A DNA stretch of 64,000 nucleotides from Paraspadella gotoi (Eukaryota > Animalia > Chaetognatha). The position numbers and the translations under genes were made by a program. The stretch is from assembly GCA_051294375.1 (NCBI GenBank), contig CM119263.1, positions 20,798,115-20,862,114 on the forward strand, in the 5' to 3' direction. How positions within the stretch are numbered: position 1 is the stretch's first letter; every line of letters starts with the position of its first letter. Below, piece by piece: positions 14,077-25,297 of the stretch. A model generated the notes under the pieces. That model saw only the letters and a list, made by a program, of their open reading frames with translations, did not search any database and was not told the DNA's origin.

Positions 14077-15344
14077 TAAAATAAAACCTCTGATCGGAAA
14101 CCGCGGGTGGGCTCGACGAAGTGCCATGGCTTTTCGGTTTGGTTCTTGCGGTAACGTAAGTTATGCGCATTCAGCGCCGTGTAAAGATCCCAGAGCGAAC
14201 AAAAGTCGAGGATTTATCGTTTTCATTTAAAAACAGATTGCGCCACGATTGCTCCACGGGAAACAAATGACAATGCCAAAATTGATCTCTCGGTCAGTTT
14301 AAAAGAAATAGTTAGGACGGCGAACGTTGGAAAATAAAGGCCCGAAAAAGCAGTTAATTTTGGTTGTTTAATTAAACAAGCAAGCTTGGTAAAATTTAAA
14401 AAAAAAAAGATACCCTTGTCTTAGCCAAGATTAAGAGTCTTATCTGGACTGTGTTAACCATACCCATGTATTTTAGTATAGTCTAGGAGGGAACCGAATA
14501 AGTCCAAGTTTACGGAATCAAAACCTTTTTTTTCCGTTTAAAAAAACCAGTTTTTTTTTTTTTTTCCCCAAACTTTTTTGGGGTCCATTCGATACATATT
14601 CAAGATGACCGAATTTTAAAATTTGCTCCACCGGCACGGGCTTCCAAGACGCCCGCTTTCGTATATGAACCACATTTATAATATTCTATTTGTTTTCTGA
14701 TGGAAAACTGGGCCTGACAAAAAAAAGCATGAAAACTCGAATCTTGATCCCCGCTCGCCCGAAAACGAATGTTTTCTCTAAGTTATTAGATGTTCCTTGA
14801 AAGTTTCTAATTTTATTGTCATTACCAGGCTGTAGAAAGAATTGGTAAAAGGAAATGACATCTCGCCTGCCACTCTGTGTGCGGATTCGATCGACGCGAT
14901 GGCTTTATAAAGAGCCTGAATTAGGTCACGATTTATTCTTCCCTCTGTTGAACCCAAAAAGGATTTTGCATCTTTGTTTTGCCAAAACAAATATTTATTT
15001 TTTTGTGAATAATTAAACAAAAACCTTTGCAATATTATTACTTAATTTGTTAATAACACATGAGCCAAGAATAACTGACGCTGATTGGCTATAATAGGAC
15101 ACGTGACTTGGCTGAACCAATTAAAAGCCAGTTTTTGGCCGGACCCGGGTGGTACAATTATTAAAATCGATTTGCTATACTGTTCCGAAAATATTTTAAT
15201 ATTTTAATCTATGCTCATGATAGATTATTTGGCGAAATGCTCTTCCATGCCCCCTTGCCGTATGAGCAGAGAATCTCTCTCGCTCTCTCTCTCTCAGGAT
15301 CGGGATCGACAAAAACAACGATAATTTGAACGATGGATTAATTC

Positions 15345-15428
15345 GTTAGGGTTTCGGTTAAGGATAAGGTTAAATTAGGGGATAGAGATTAGGGTTAGGG
15401 TTTGGGATTAGGGTTAGGGTTTAGGGTT
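15345..15428 (+). repeat. Short interstitial degenerate TTAGGG array
   Basis: The sequence reads ttagggttagggtttgggattagggttagggtttagggtt. Confidence 0.75.
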
Positions 15429-16529
15429 GTCTTTCCCTACGCTACTTTTACAACAACAAAAATCTGGCTTGCTGGGTGACTCATTGGTCAGGATCGGGAT
15501 TGACAGAAACGACGACGATAATTTGAACGATGGAGGAAGCAGTTGCGATGGTGAGAGCGACGACAAAAGGAGTTACGCATAAAACGACGATGGAAGCAGC
15601 AAAAGAGACGAGTTTTGTGCGTCTGGTTTCGTCCGCTGCTTCAGGAGCCGCAGCAAGGGGGCATCGATGGAAAAAAGTTCCATTTTTTGGAGAATATTCG
15701 TTTAAAATTAAAATAAAACATAATACCATTCAATCTAAATTAGAATCAGTAAGAAGCGAGAATTTTATTCCTTGTCCTCTTCTCAAGTGTTCATTGTTCA
15801 CACATTGACACAAAAAAAGAAGAAAGAACAACAAGAGGATGAAGCAAAAAAAAGAGAAATTTTAAAAACTGGAGGATAAAGGAAGAGCTGTGGCGTTTGG
15901 CGGCTTCGGGATTGAACCTTTCGTTAGTGATTTAATTCTCATCTTAACGATCGAGGCTAAAAATAGAAATCCTAAAAATATGGGCGGGTGGAGGTGGAGG
16001 TTAAGAGGGTTGAGGGGGGGGGCGAGTGGGGTGGGGAGGAAAGCAATGAGAAGCGAGAAATTTGATCTGCGTAATTACTAATTAAATTGTGTGAGTTTTT
16101 TGTTTTTTTTTTGCTGTGAAATTAAATGACTTCTGGCCGACGGATGTTAAGGCGGGTTATGAAGGGGAAACTTAGTGATGATAATTACCAATTGTGATAT
16201 TACAGTTTTATAATACACATAATAAATAGTTCACGATAAATGGGTGGAGATGTAAAGTTATGTACGAGTAAAACGTGAAATTTTCACTTTAAAAGTCGAA
16301 ATTTTGACGAATTGTCTTCCGAAGTGAGTGACCGAATCACCACCCGTTTCCACCTTAAAAACATTATACCAAGTGACCAAAAACCACTTAATTTATTGCA
16401 TAAATTTACGATTTAACATATGAGCCGTTTGTGATGAAAGTACGAGATAACTCACAAATGCGAACGATGACACATCTGGTAAATTTGTGACTTCGACGTT
16501 CATAAACAAAGGGACCGAACTGTTTTTTT

Positions 16530-17390
16530 TTGTTATCGAGCCATGACCCGCGAAGCCGGTTCAGGCTCTATAATGATTTAGGATTGCAATTGCTCATCTT
16601 TGCTGACGTCGTCGTCGTCGTCGTCGTCGTCGTCCGTCACGCTGTTTTTATATAAAAAACTACTACGCTTTTATAGGTTGGCTGTGACTTACCGTTTTTT
16701 TTAAATAAAAATTATTATGAATTATTATAAAGTTTTACAAAAGTGTGCATCATATAAGTAGTTAAAAATTTAGATATGGCTTCTCATCTTGAAATAGCTT
16801 TGATATTTTCTTATTACATTTGGATTTAAGTATTTTTTGTTTTGAATTTCCACTTCATTATGATTTACTGCAATATGCAAATGAGATTATAGTACTCATT
16901 ATAATATCCAAATTAGTATATAGAAATGCTTTAATCTAATTTACATATTGCAGTATATAATTATGAAGATGAAATTCAAAAATTTTTTTTTCAATCTATA
17001 ATAAAAATGGGAACTCCAAATAACTTTTTAATGAGAAGCATATATCTTAATTTTAATACAAATAAAAATAAAAATCTTTTACAAGCTGCGATTGGAAAAA
17101 ATTTGAAAAATTTCCAATTGTAAACCATTGTACATTTTTTGCCTTTCATTTATTTATTTTTAATTATATATATTTTTTTTTCAGGCGCTGCCTTTCTGAA
17201 TCGTTTAAAAACGAGATCAATCTCTCTCTGTCTTTCTTGCGTGATCGTTCGTTTTTTGAAAAATTCAGATTATTTTTTTCTTTCTAAAAAAAATATATAT
17301 TTGATCAGCGCGCTGCCTTTTCTGAATCGTTTAAAAACGAGTTCAGGCTCTCTCTCTCTCTCCCTCCGTCTCCTCCCCTCTCTCTCTCTT

Positions 17391-17424
<34 letters not shown>

Positions 17425-17578
17425 ATTTTACACCACCGATTTTTTGAAAAATATCTTATTATTCTTTCCTTCTAAAACCTTTTATTATCGCCATTTATTT
17501 TTTTTCTCAATACAAAATCCCAAATTTACATCCGAGATTTTCGTGGATTCATTTTAGAAAAAGGGAAGAATAACTTAT
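16530..17578 (+). mobile_element. Helentron/DINE-like non-autonomous repeat; near-identical copy at ~43015-43921
   Basis: A T-run is followed by a hairpin head (gagccatgacc.gcgaagccggttcaggctc) and a (GTC)n microsatellite. The next ~900 bp are colinear with 43015-43921. Confidence 0.6.
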
Positions 17579-17673
17579 AATGCAGGCAATGTCACATGTA
17601 CATCGACTTGTGTGACAGATAAGCGATACCTGCTATATATCCGGCAATTGCGCGGATTAATATAAATAATATA

Positions 17674-17890
17674 TATTTGGGCAAAATGATTTTTGTTTCA
17701 CAACGAATTTTTTTTATAATATAACGTACATGTTTCGGCTTTGGATGCAAAAATCATTGACCGCTGAAGAAGGCTGGCAACCAAAGCCGAAACAATGTAC
17801 GTTTATATGATAAAATAAAATTCGTTCGATCAAAACAACAATCATTTTGCCCAAATACTTATAACAACGAAAAGAAAGGTTACTACCACT
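17674..17890 (+). mobile_element. Short fold-back Penelope-like non-autonomous element with hammerhead motif
   Basis: Inverted arms lie at ~17674-17743 and ~17781-17856. The motif CTGAAGA-A-GGCT..AGCC-GAAA-CAATGTA is at 17764-17799, followed by the tail acaacgaaaagaaagg. Confidence 0.6.
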
Positions 17891-18747
17891 AAATAATATA
17901 TAATATAAAAATATAACAATCTAAAATTTCATTCAAGATAAAAATTTTTTAAGATGAGGAAATGAAATTTATTTGAATAAGTAAAAAAAAATATTTGGAA
18001 GTCAAAAATATCATAGTCGTTAACTGATTATTGTCAACTGTGGCAGCAATAGAGATTATAATTATAATTATAATTATAATTATAATTTTTTGACCGTTAT
18101 TATTGAAAATAGTTTAGCCTGATATAGGCGACGAGTTTTCATTTTCATACAATCAATATCAATCTCATTTTAGATTTTCAATAATATGCCACAAAAAAAT
18201 AAGGTTGTTCAACCTCATTTAGAACTATAGATGAACAAAAGACTCAGTCTTATTTCAAATTGAAAAAAAAATAGAAAGTTAATTGAAAGCGTCAAGCAAT
18301 AAAACAAATTTATATTTTTATATCACGCTCACTTTTTTTCTTAAATACAAAATCCCAAATTTATTCCGAGATTTTGTGAGATTTTTATGTTTTTTCCCTT
18401 CTAAAAACTTTATAATTATTGATTTATAATATGTATTTCTCTCTCTGATATTTCTCTCCTTCAATCACGAACTCTGATGTCGGAGCTCTCTCTCTCTCTT
18501 CTACTCTCTTCTCTCGTCTTCTCTAATATAACTCATCACGTCAGAAGATGGAATAGAGCGAGCATCGCATCAATGAATTGACGTATCATACGCATCAATG
18601 AATGACTATCATCGCATCAATGAATGAGATTATCATCCGATTCAATGAAGGACTGATACATCGCATCAATGAATGATTAATCATCGCATCAATGAATGAC
18701 GTATCGTCGCAGTCCATCATTTGGTTATCATCGCATCAATCCTTCGG

Positions 18748-20518
18748 GGTGGCTGTGGTATTCCTCCCACACGGGGATTACGCTCCAACTGGATTCCGTC
18801 CCTCACGGGATTTTCCTCCCACGCGGATTCCTCCCATGGCGATTCTCCCACACGGGATTCCTCCCACAAAACGGGATTCCTCCCCGCAAGGGAATCCTCC
18901 ACACGGAATTCCTTCCAAAGGAATTCCTCCCACATGGGATTTCCTCCCCATGGAATTCCTCCCATAGAATTCCTCCCACACGGGATTTCCTCCACACGGG
19001 ATTCCTCCCCAAAGAATTCTCCCACGCGGGATTCCTCCCACACGGGATTCCTCCCACGCGGGATTCCTCCCACACGGGATTCCTCCACGCTGGGATCCTC
19101 CCACACGGATTCTCCCACGCGGCATTCCTCCACACGGATTCCTCCACGTGCGCGGGATTCCTCCCACAGGGATTCTCGACACGGATTCCTCGAACACGGG
19201 ATTTCCTCCCACACGGGATTTCTCCCACGCGTGATTCCTCCCCACACGGGATTCCTCCCACTCGGGATTCCACCCCACACGGGATTCCTCCCACACGGAT
19301 TCCTCACACACTGATTTCCTCCACCTGATTTCCTCGCCACACAGGATTCCTCCACACAGGATTCCTCCACAGGGATTCCATCCCACACGGGATTCCTCCC
19401 ACACGCGATTTCATCCCACACGGGATTCCTCCCCTTAATTGTGAATTAACTTTCTTGTTGCATGTTCTTGTTTCAGGAAAAAATTGATTCATTAAAATAA
19501 ATTTTTGTGTGTGGTAGGAAAGTATTTGATAAAGCTGAATATAAATTTTTTAATGTAATCCGTAGTTGTGGAAAGAGTTCAAATTAGAAAACCAAGAAGA
19601 CACATTTATTGAATTTTTTAAAGTTTCTCTCTCTCTATCTCTCTGATTGATTGATTGATTGATTGACCAAATCATGCCATTGACAAAAATATGCCAGTTG
19701 ACCAAATTCTGCAGGTTAACCAAATTATGCCAGTTGACCAAATTATGCCTGTTGACCAAATTATGCCAGTTTACCAATTTTGTCTCTATTGACCAAAGTA
19801 TGCCAGTTACCAAATAATGCAAGTTGATTAAATATGCAAGTTGACCAAGTTAGCTTATTACCACTTAATTATCGTAGGCAGATCGACATTGTTTGCTCAA
19901 CTTGTTTTTTTTATGGACGTGGGAGAAAATCCCGCGTAGGAGGAATCCCGTGTGAGAGGAATCCGCGTGGGAGGAATCCGTGTGGGAGGAATACGCGTGG
20001 GAGGAATCCCGCGTGGAGAATCGCACGTGGAGGAATCCCGCGTGGGAGGAATCCCGCATGGGAGGAATCCTGTGGGAGGAATCCCGTGGGAGGAATCTCC
20101 GAATGGGAGAATCCCGCTGGGAGGAATCCTGTGTGGGAGAAGATCCGCGATGGGGAATCCAGGTGGAGGAATCCCGCATGGGAGGAATCGCTGGAGGAAT
20201 CCGCGTGGGAGGAATCCATGTCGGAGGAATCCCGTGTGGGAGGATCCCGCATGGGAGGAATCCGGTGGGATTGGAGGATCCCGCTGTAGGAATTCCTGGG
20301 GAGAATTCTGTGGGGAGGAAACCCGTGTGGGAGGAATCCCACGTGGGAGGAATTCCTTTGGGAGGAATCCCGTGTGGAGGAATTCCTTTGGGAGGAATCC
20401 CGTGTGGGAGCAATTCCATTGGAGGAATCCCGTGTGGGAGGAAACCCGTGTGGGAGGAAATCCCGCGTGGGAGGAATCCCGCGTGGAGGAATCCTGTGGG
20501 AGGAATCCCAATGGAACC
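18748..20518. mobile_element. Fold-back/MULE-like non-autonomous transposon whose long TIRs are 17-18-bp minisatellite arrays
   Basis: An array of cacacgggattcctcc(c) at ~18760-19432 faces its reverse complement at ~19917-20510. The termini are GGT...ACC. A 9-bp direct repeat ATCCTTCGG flanks it at 18739-18747 and 20519-20527. Confidence 0.75.
19435..19912 (+). mobile_element. Helentron-associated (HINE-like) fragment between the two minisatellite arms
   Basis: It shares the gaccaaattatgccagtt repeats with 28570-28945. Its 3' end ggcagatc(c)gacattgtttgctcaacttgttt matches 39640-39672. Confidence 0.55.
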
Positions 20519-21025
20519 ATCCTTCGGTTATCATCGCATCAATATTTGGTTATCATCGCATCAATATTGTTATCTCAAAAGTAGGCTCGATCCCTTATGC
20601 TTTTAAGATTTTTTTGTTTTTTGTTTTTTTTTTTGGAAAAGCCACGAGTGGGGAAAATTTGTATCCAAAATCGATAGAACGAGTGAGCGAAGGAAAAAAA
20701 ACAAACGTGGGTCGCCAACGAAGATCGAAAAAGGGGAAAACAAAATATGGGGACTGGGGGGAGGAGGGGGTGGAGTCCTTATCGGTTTGTCGGTCTTTCC
20801 TCTCCGTCGGTCTGAAGCGATGCTAGGGAGAGGGGGGAACGAGGCATGAGTGGGGTAGGGGAAGAGGACGGGTAGAGAGGGTAGTGGGGCAGACCCGAGC
20901 TGCCGGGGGCGGGATGAGGAGCTTTATCGTCGACCGATTTCCTCAAATTTCCCCGCGATCCAATAGAAACGCCAAGGTTGCGAGCATTGAATATGCAGAT
21001 GACTCGCTCTCTCTCCCCCCGAAAC

Positions 21026-21063
<38 letters not shown>

Positions 21064-21157
21064 AAGAGAGAAAGATACAGTTAATAGCCGATTTGGACTT
21101 GCGAGCGCTACCCGCGCAACCATGTTTTATGTACACTGTACATTGTACACTGTGTAC

Positions 21158-22481
21158 TAGAGTGGAGCACTCAAGAACAAAAACAGCTATTTGAATGATT
21201 GAACAATGATATTTAGATGTGAGATAGTATGATTTAACTAGTACAAAAAATATTTGTTCATATTATCTCGGGAACAGAATAGTAAAATATAATATATTGT
21301 AGTAATATCCTTATTAAAAATAGTAAATTTAAAAATATTTTTTTATAAAACTTATAATAAAAGATTCAGATTTCATAAAAAGTTGAATCAAAAATATGTA
21401 CGAAATAACTATCTTTAATATTACGAGGAAATCCAGCTTCTCTACCTTTCTCCCCCATGCTCTTTTGTTCTTTGTTACTGGCATCGAAAATGCCTCCATT
21501 CTCGCGATCGCCACGACATCTTTAGGCTCTTTCCTTTGTTATACCTTAGTACAGAATTCCGAAGGCAGTGTACAGCTGATTCTGATTGGTGCCCGTGATT
21601 TCGATAGATTTCGATTAAGATTCTAATCGAATTCTGGCCACGTGGTATCTTCAGATCTCAAAGTTGTCACTGGGTTTAGTTCTTTTCAGAGCATTAGAAA
21701 CTCTTATTTAGATATCTCGGAATCTTATTTTTTGTGGTGATCGCTGGTTTGGTGGACTTTTCTATGAGAGAAGCAATCTCTATTTGTTTATTTATTGGCT
21801 TCAGAAACAAGTAAGAAAGACTAACTGCTACAGAGCTTATCTACATCACTACTTACTACAGACATTTCGTCAAGTCCTGGGCTTTGCAGTTCGTCGTCCT
21901 TTTCGGCCTTAGCCGACGTCGTTCTGCGCGAGACTTTGTCGGCATCATCTCCAGGGCGTCATGACCGGCGCCATCGTCTCTTCTGCGCCATTTATTCCCG
22001 ATTTCATTTGGTCTTGTATGCGCAGGATAAGCCTAGACAGTTAGAATTCAAAGAAGCCACTTCTCCGAACTTAGTTTCAATATATAAACATGTTATCAAA
22101 ATTCTGTCATCTTCAATGTTTAAATATAAAAAAAAAGGTGAAAATTCCTGACTTTTTTATTCTCTGTAGTAGAAACTTATATATGTTAAAATGTTTAGTC
22201 TTTTTTGTATCTAAACATTAAAATATCATATAACATATTTTATAAAAGTTTCTTTAGTTTTTTTATAGGCGAATCCAAATCAGTTCTTAAAAATAAAAAA
22301 CAAATTATTTTGAAATTTGACGATTTTATAAGGATATACTACATAAAATAATTGAATTTGCTATACTGTGTATTGCTAAAATAATTTTTAAAAGGATTTA
22401 AAATTCATTAATTATATGTCCATAGGCAGCAAAAAAAAGTAATGCTTCCAGATCACTCAATCTTTTCATCACTCCACCCTA
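21158..22481. mobile_element. Non-autonomous hAT transposon, copy 1
   Basis: TIRs are TAGAGTGGAG ... CTCCACCCTA. A perfect 8-bp TSD CTGTGTAC sits at 21150-21157 and 22482-22489. Confidence 0.85.
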
Positions 22482-22554
22482 CTGTGTACAGAGATTGTGG
22501 GAAGAAAAAAGAGGAGATACTCTTTGTTAAAAAGAAAGAGAGAGAGAGAGAAAG

Positions 22555-22616
<62 letters not shown>

Positions 22617-22646
22617 ATAATTAGAAAGAAAGAAAGAAAGAAAGAA
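22555..22646. repeat. (GATA)n and (GAAA)n microsatellites
   Basis: Both repeats are directly visible. Confidence 0.9.
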
Positions 22647-22885
22647 AAAATGGATGAATGCTACATTTAGCGAAAGGTGTTCTCCTTGATAAATGTTACA
22701 TCCAGGAAAAAGTTGTCTACTTTTTGATAAATGCTCAATAAGGAGAATAGTTGTTATCTTTTTAATGTTGCTACAACTGGTGAAAAGTTATCTCCAAATT
22801 GATAAATGCTCAAAAAGGCGTAGTGAAAGTGTCAGAACAAAATTTGAATAGTTGTTCATGAACAATCTTGTACTAACGAACAATG

Positions 22886-23043
22886 AGAGAGTCTTGATTG
22901 AAAGCTTGCAGGGACTTGCTATGTCATTATCTTGTAAGAGTGATGGAGGCCTTAAACCACCAAAGCCTGTCCAAAGTCAGGGGCAAGATGGCTTATTTAT
23001 TAAATGAATGGATAATTTTTATATTGGTTGTACCAATTTCATA
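22886..23043 (+). mobile_element. SINE-like retroposon fragment (family S2); other copies at 23947-24140 (+) and ~42584-42780 (-)
   Basis: The three copies share gagagtcttgattgaaagcttg...ggaggccttaaaccaccaaagcctgtccaaagtcaggg...atattggttgtaccaatttcat. They have a common 3' end and variable 5' ends. Confidence 0.65.
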
Positions 23044-23345
23044 TAATTTTTTTTTGTTTTAATTTCTCAATTTTTGCATATGCCTATATTTATATATACA
23101 TTAGAGTGGAGCACTGGGAAACATAAATTTTATTTGAATGAACAAACAAGGATATTTAGATGTATGATATGATTAAGGCATACAAAAAATATTTTGCTTA
23201 TATTATTTGGGGAACAGTATCATTAATTAAAATATTTTTATAGTAATATCCCTGTGTATAGACTTTCGATTTCGTTGTGTTTCGAATTTAGGGAGGAAAG
23301 CAATATATTTGTTTTGCTTCAACGAATTTTAGGACATTTTTTTCA

Positions 23346-23374
23346 GACATGTTTCGACTCTGAGTCTTCATCAG
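23346..23374 (-). ncRNA. Minimal type I hammerhead ribozyme motif (stem II loop shortened)
   Basis: The minus strand reads CTGATGA-A-GACTC-a-GAGTC-GAAA-CATG-TC. Confidence 0.6.
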
Positions 23375-23424
23375 CATTGTGACAATCAATAATTTTTTTC
23401 TTTTAACATTAAGTTAGAGAGAAG

Positions 23425-23456
<32 letters not shown>

Positions 23457-23740
23457 GAGAGTTTCCAACAAAGAATTGAGAAAGGGATAGTAGTCAGATG
23501 TGAGGAGAGGTGAAGGCAAGGATAGGGAAGAAGAAAGTCAGTTGAAATTTGAAATTGAGGGAATGAGAAAGAAAGAGAGAGAGAGAGGGAGAGAGGGAGA
23601 GTTGAGAAAAGAGCTCAAAATGACCACTATCCCTTTCTCAATTCTTTGTTGGAAACTCTCCCTTTCTCTCTCTCTCTCTCTCTCTTTCTCCTTCTCTCTA
23701 ACTTAATATTAAAAGAGAAAAATTATTGATTGTCACAATG

Positions 23741-23776
23741 CTGATGAAGACTCAAACTGTAGAGTCGAAACATATC
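23741..23776 (+). ncRNA. Minimal type I hammerhead ribozyme motif (loop 3 substituted)
   Basis: The sequence reads CTGATGA-A-GACTC-aaactgta-GAGTC-GAAA-CATA-TC. Confidence 0.6.
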
Positions 23777-24404
23777 CGAAAAAAATGTCCTAAAATTAGT
23801 TGAAGCAAAACAAATATATTGTTTTCCTCCCTAAAGTAATATCCCTATAAAATAATAAATTTTCAAAATATTTTTAAAAAAAAATTTTAGCAAAGATTCT
23901 CATTCTTCATAAAAAGTTAGATCAAATATATAAAATATGTATAGAGAAGCCAGGTTCACTGGGAGTGAATAAATAAGACTGTGAGAGAGTCTTGATTGAA
24001 AGCTTGCAGAAACCTGCTATGTTATTATCTTGTAAGTGTGATGGAGGCCTTAAACCACCAAAGCCTGTCCAAAGTCAGGGACAAGATAGCTTATTTATTA
24101 AATGAATGGATAATTTTTATATTGGTTGTACCAATTTCATGTTATTAAAAATTTCAATGTCTTCAGCGTCAAAAATGGAAAAAAAATATCAAAATATCTT
24201 AAAACATATATTACAAAAGTTTTTTAGTTTTTTCCGGCGAATCCAAAACTGTTTCATTAAATTGAAAAAAATGATTTTGAATTTTTTTGATTTTATAAGG
24301 AATTACTTTATTTTATTTTATATTTTATATTACTTTATTTTATTTTTTTACTATAAAGGAAATTCAATTATTTTAAAAAAAGGCTTAATTATTTTTTATT
24401 ATAT

Positions 24405-24768
24405 CGTCAGCGGATACGGCGATCCAGCCTCCCCCCATTATGATCATCTCGAACACTCTCTCTCTCTCTTTCCCTCTCCCACTCTCTCCCTCCTTCGCTT
24501 ATTCGATCGTGGGCTTGCATCATAGCGAATCACAGGGCAGGGAGTGGGACTAGGGCAAAGGGAATTGTTTCATGGGCCGAGGGAGTAGGAAGGAGGACTT
24601 TGGTTTCAGAATCGAAGCTGCCCTCGGCCCGAATGGTTGTAATATAATCTCTAGCTTAGATATTCACATTGTGCGCTAAACTGTAAATAAATAAATAAAC
24701 TTTTGCTTGTCTCTAATTTTTGTACGTGATTATTTAATACATCAAAGAAACAGTGCATTAAGGCAAAG
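24405..24768 (+). repeat. 5' LTR (364 bp)
   Basis: It runs cgtcagcggatacgg...gtgcattaaggcaaag, with a TATA-like AATATAA at ~24640 and an AATAAA cluster at ~24685-24699. Confidence 0.93.
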
Positions 24769-24798
24769 TGGTGGCAGCGGTGGGATTCGAACCCACGC
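24769..24798 (+). promoter_or_regulatory. Primer-binding site complementary to the 3' 30 nt of tRNA-Leu, including CCA
   Basis: TGGTGGCAGCGGTGGGATTCGAACCCACGC has the reverse complement GCGTGGGTTCGAATCCCACCGCTGCCA-CCA. That is the T-arm and acceptor 3' strand of metazoan tRNA-Leu(AAG/TAG). Confidence 0.9.
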
Positions 24799-25297
24799 AC
24801 ACAAAGCGCAAAGACAACTTCAAGGTAAAAGGGTAAAGAAAAACTAAAACTAAACAAAAAGAGAACAACAAGACAGAAAAGAAAGAAAGTGGAGATAAAT
24901 CCGAAGAAGAAATAAGCCAGAATAGACAGAGAAAGACCCAGTTCTTTCTCAACCCAACCCACCGGGAAAACGCCGGTCGATCGCGCTTCGATCGCCCGGA
25001 GGAGGAAGGGGGCAGACCAGCGCCTGAGAAGAAGCGAACAAACCTAGAAAAGCTCACAACCGCTCAAAATTATTTCCAACTAAACAAGTAAGATTCGAAT
25101 AAAAAGACAAAATAGAAAAAAAAAAGCGAAACGATCTTTTGTTTTCAAAGAGAAAGAGGAAAACACAAGCGAACCCAAGTAAGTGCAAGCGAAAACTAAA
25201 TAGAAAAGAAACAAAAAACCTCATAAGATCAGACAAGGGTTAAAAGAAAAATAAAATTCGATAAGTTTCAAATATCAAATATTAAAACCCAAACAGA

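Larger units (their letters stand above)
23254..23834 (-). mobile_element. Fold-back Penelope-like non-autonomous retroelement with two hammerhead motifs
   Basis: Inverted arms lie at ~23287-23495 and ~23621-23835, with a ~33-nt tail on one side only. A 12-bp TSD AGTAATATCCCT is at 23242-23253 and 23835-23846; the homologous site in hAT copy 1 (21301) is single. Confidence 0.75.

Noticed and set aside
15481-15729. Possible transmembrane-protein exon
   Set aside because: A hydrophobic stretch is present, but there is no recognisable family, clear splice structure or partner exon.
18692-20606. Many 150-234-aa ORFs in all six frames
   Set aside because: They are artefacts of a stop-free 18-bp minisatellite.
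24106-24525. 139-aa ORF running into the 5' LTR
   Set aside because: It crosses three unrelated repeats and is an AT-rich, Phe/Ile/Lys-biased chance frame.
24769-24798. tRNA-Leu gene on the minus strand
   Set aside because: Only the 3' 30 nt are present, they include CCA, and they abut an LTR, so this is a PBS.
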